In this document: one piece after another, positions 61,581 through 64,000 of the stretch
How the letters are laid out: each line of letters opens with the position of its first letter
Position numbering within the stretch: position 1 is the stretch's first letter
Source of the DNA: Eledone cirrhosa
Taxonomy: Eukaryota
Assembly: GCA_964016885.1 (NCBI GenBank)
Contig: OZ024745.1
Span: forward strand, 80,662,001 to 80,726,000
DNA length: 64,000 nt
Direction: 5' to 3'
Notes under the pieces: generated by a model
Database searches by the model: none
What the model saw: the letters and a program-made list of their open reading frames with translations, nothing else
Told to the model about the DNA's origin: nothing
Translations under genes and position numbers: made by a program

Positions 61581-63780
61581 TGATATAATACAATTAACAA
61601 AAATACCCATTTGACTGTTATTTTCTGTTTTCAAATCTTATCAATTTAGTATATACTAGCAGAATGGCCCGGCGTTGCTCGGGATTTGCTCTAGTGTTCT
61701 TATATATTTGATATATATTTATCCTTATCGAGCCTCGTGAAATAAATACGTTTGTTTATATTTTGTTATTGTGTATGCAAAAATATCTGTACACGAATAT
61801 ATAATTATATATATACATATATTGGCCAGTGCGAAGAGGAAGCGGTCGGACAATCCCCGGTATTTGTTTATCTTCCTTTCCTCGGCATTTCGGGCCGCAG
61901 TACCGGGGATTGTGGCCTAAACGACTAGGTTGGAGGCGGAGAACGTGTCACAACATGTGACGTCGCAGATGAAGGAACGACCAGCATCAAGACGATTCAA
62001 ACAGTTTCGCATCTCGTTGCACACTCATCGTCCTATAGCATAACAATCTCCATCTTGTTACCTTACCCGACTCACTGGGAAAACAATAAATGGAACTAGA
62101 CCTGTCAGCATTTCCAACCATTCGCCAGAATTATGGAATTACCATTTCAACTACTACCCACCTACAGATTCAACTTGCTTTTTTTTCTTTTCAAAGCAAC
62201 CAGCCATTTTTTCCTGGCTGTCTAGCACTTCTGGCAATTCATCTGGAAGGCCGACATTTTCTCGCCTACCCATCATCTTCTTGCCAGCTTTGCTATAACA
62301 TTTGCCATAACAGCCATATAGCTCTGGTAAAGCATGAACAGCACCATCATTGACAACAGCTACTGGTAAACTACCATAACAGCTTCATCCACAGCTCTGG
62401 TACAGCACTTACCATAACAGCTAGCATTTAATGCAAGAACAGCAACTTCGCCCATGTCAGACTTTATCCGTTTTCTGTTAGACTCCTGGTGGTCACGTAT
62501 AAATAGTAAAACAGCTAGTCATTTGACACAGCGGCTCAACACGGCCCTTAGCGCCTCATTTTTCTTCTTGCATGCATTCTTTTGTTCAATTTTTTTTTTC
62601 ATTGATGTGCTCTTTCAGCATTTTTCCCTGCTGATTCAATAATCTGTATCGTCTTGCGACTAGGAAGGGGGTATTGTAGTGACCTACATTCCGCGGGCTC
62701 ATATACATTCTCTGTGCGTTGTTTAGGTAGCCAATCGCCGCCAGCGTAGGAGAGTGTATCTCTACACACGCCCTGAGGGAAAAATTCCCGCGTCAATTCA
62801 GAAATCTCTCTCTTGCAGCTTTGACCGTGGAAAGGTAAACAACTATTTTTCTTTCGCCGTGAAATCATTAGCCAATATGTAACACAACAATTTAACCACG
62901 GGCCTGGCAAACACTTCAGCCAGTAGACCGTGCCTTCTGAAATCTGCTTCTTGCAGCTTGACCATGCTAAGTAAGCACAAACAACATGTAACGGTGAGAT
63001 TTGAACTTTGGCCTGTCGGCCTTCCTTGGGCCTGGCACAATGCCACATTCCTTTTGTAACCCTTTTATGTTTAACTTCAACTATACAACTATACAACTAA
63101 ACAAACATTACTTTGTGCTACAACAAATAAACATACATTTCATCTCTAATTTCTGCTGTTGACATCATTATTATGTTACTCGTGCCCCATTTACATTTAT
63201 ATACTTCGCTGCTAAAAATGTCGAGGCTGCATTATGTGAGATCTGCCTATTGCTCGCCTATGGCAGACAATAGATATACCCAGGACACTATAGTGAAATA
63301 CCAATATATGGAACATTACATTCATGTAACCTTCTTTCTTTACTTTAATTCATATTCATTTTGAAGTTCCAATGAGCTGCTCCAATTTTACCTAAGTTAA
63401 TTATCTTCAACTGAACCAGATCAATAATGATTTATAATCATTTGATCCAGAAACATTATATGGAGTAGCGAAACAATTGTAAACGGACATTATTAGTATT
63501 AGCATTATTATTCTTTACATTCCTTACATTAAACTAAAAATATGTTGACAATCTTTTAATAATGTCTTCCTTGTGAAATTTGTGGTCTTGTTTTGCTTAA
63601 CTAATGAATATCTCCAGCTCTGTGCACCTAACCTCTGCATGAACCCAGCCACCTAGCTGCCTTCCACAGCATATTGCACATTGAGCACATGCCTTTACGC
63701 TTTGGCTTCTAACGAATTCACCAATCTCTCTTCTCCTCTCCTATCTCCATCTCTCTCTTTAAGATTGGTTACTCTTGAAC

Positions 63781-63827
<47 letters not shown>

Positions 63828-63834
63828 TCTTGAA

Positions 63835-63911
<77 letters not shown>

Positions 63912-64000
63912 TAACAGATTAAAGTTTAAGCAAAGAATCGCTGCTTTCACCCTTAACGGGATCTTCTGAAACTAAAAAAATCAATCTGTGAACGCAGAAG

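Noticed and set aside
62454-63096. Minus-strand ORFs suggesting a decayed transposon gene
   Set aside because: No motif I can identify; needs BLASTX.

Overview
Eukaryotic, AT-rich, microsatellite- and retroelement-dense DNA; the SINE/LINE repertoire suggests a coleoid cephalopod such as Octopus (inference). A minus-strand multi-exon gene runs from at least 46364 (possibly about 52.8 kb) to 2754 or beyond. Eleven GT-AG exons splice in phase into a delphilin/GRID2IP-like PDZ-HN-PDZ-HN-HN protein; no FH2 domain is visible. The introns hold a near-intact L1/Tx1-type LINE, R4/Dong-type LINEs, RTE LINEs, CR1-like and I-like fragments, two SINE families, piggyBac-type MITEs and a U6 pseudogene. A CRE-like fragment and Helentron-like repeats lie further right. 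Two signals stand out. First, an 8.3-kb 31-bp minisatellite is a roughly 265-fold amplification of one exon's 3' splice site. Second, at least a dozen type-I hammerhead ribozyme motifs occur, many in short non-coding fold-back elements inserted in (TA)n tracts, resembling Penelope-like pLTRs. All calls were made by eye; no searches were run.
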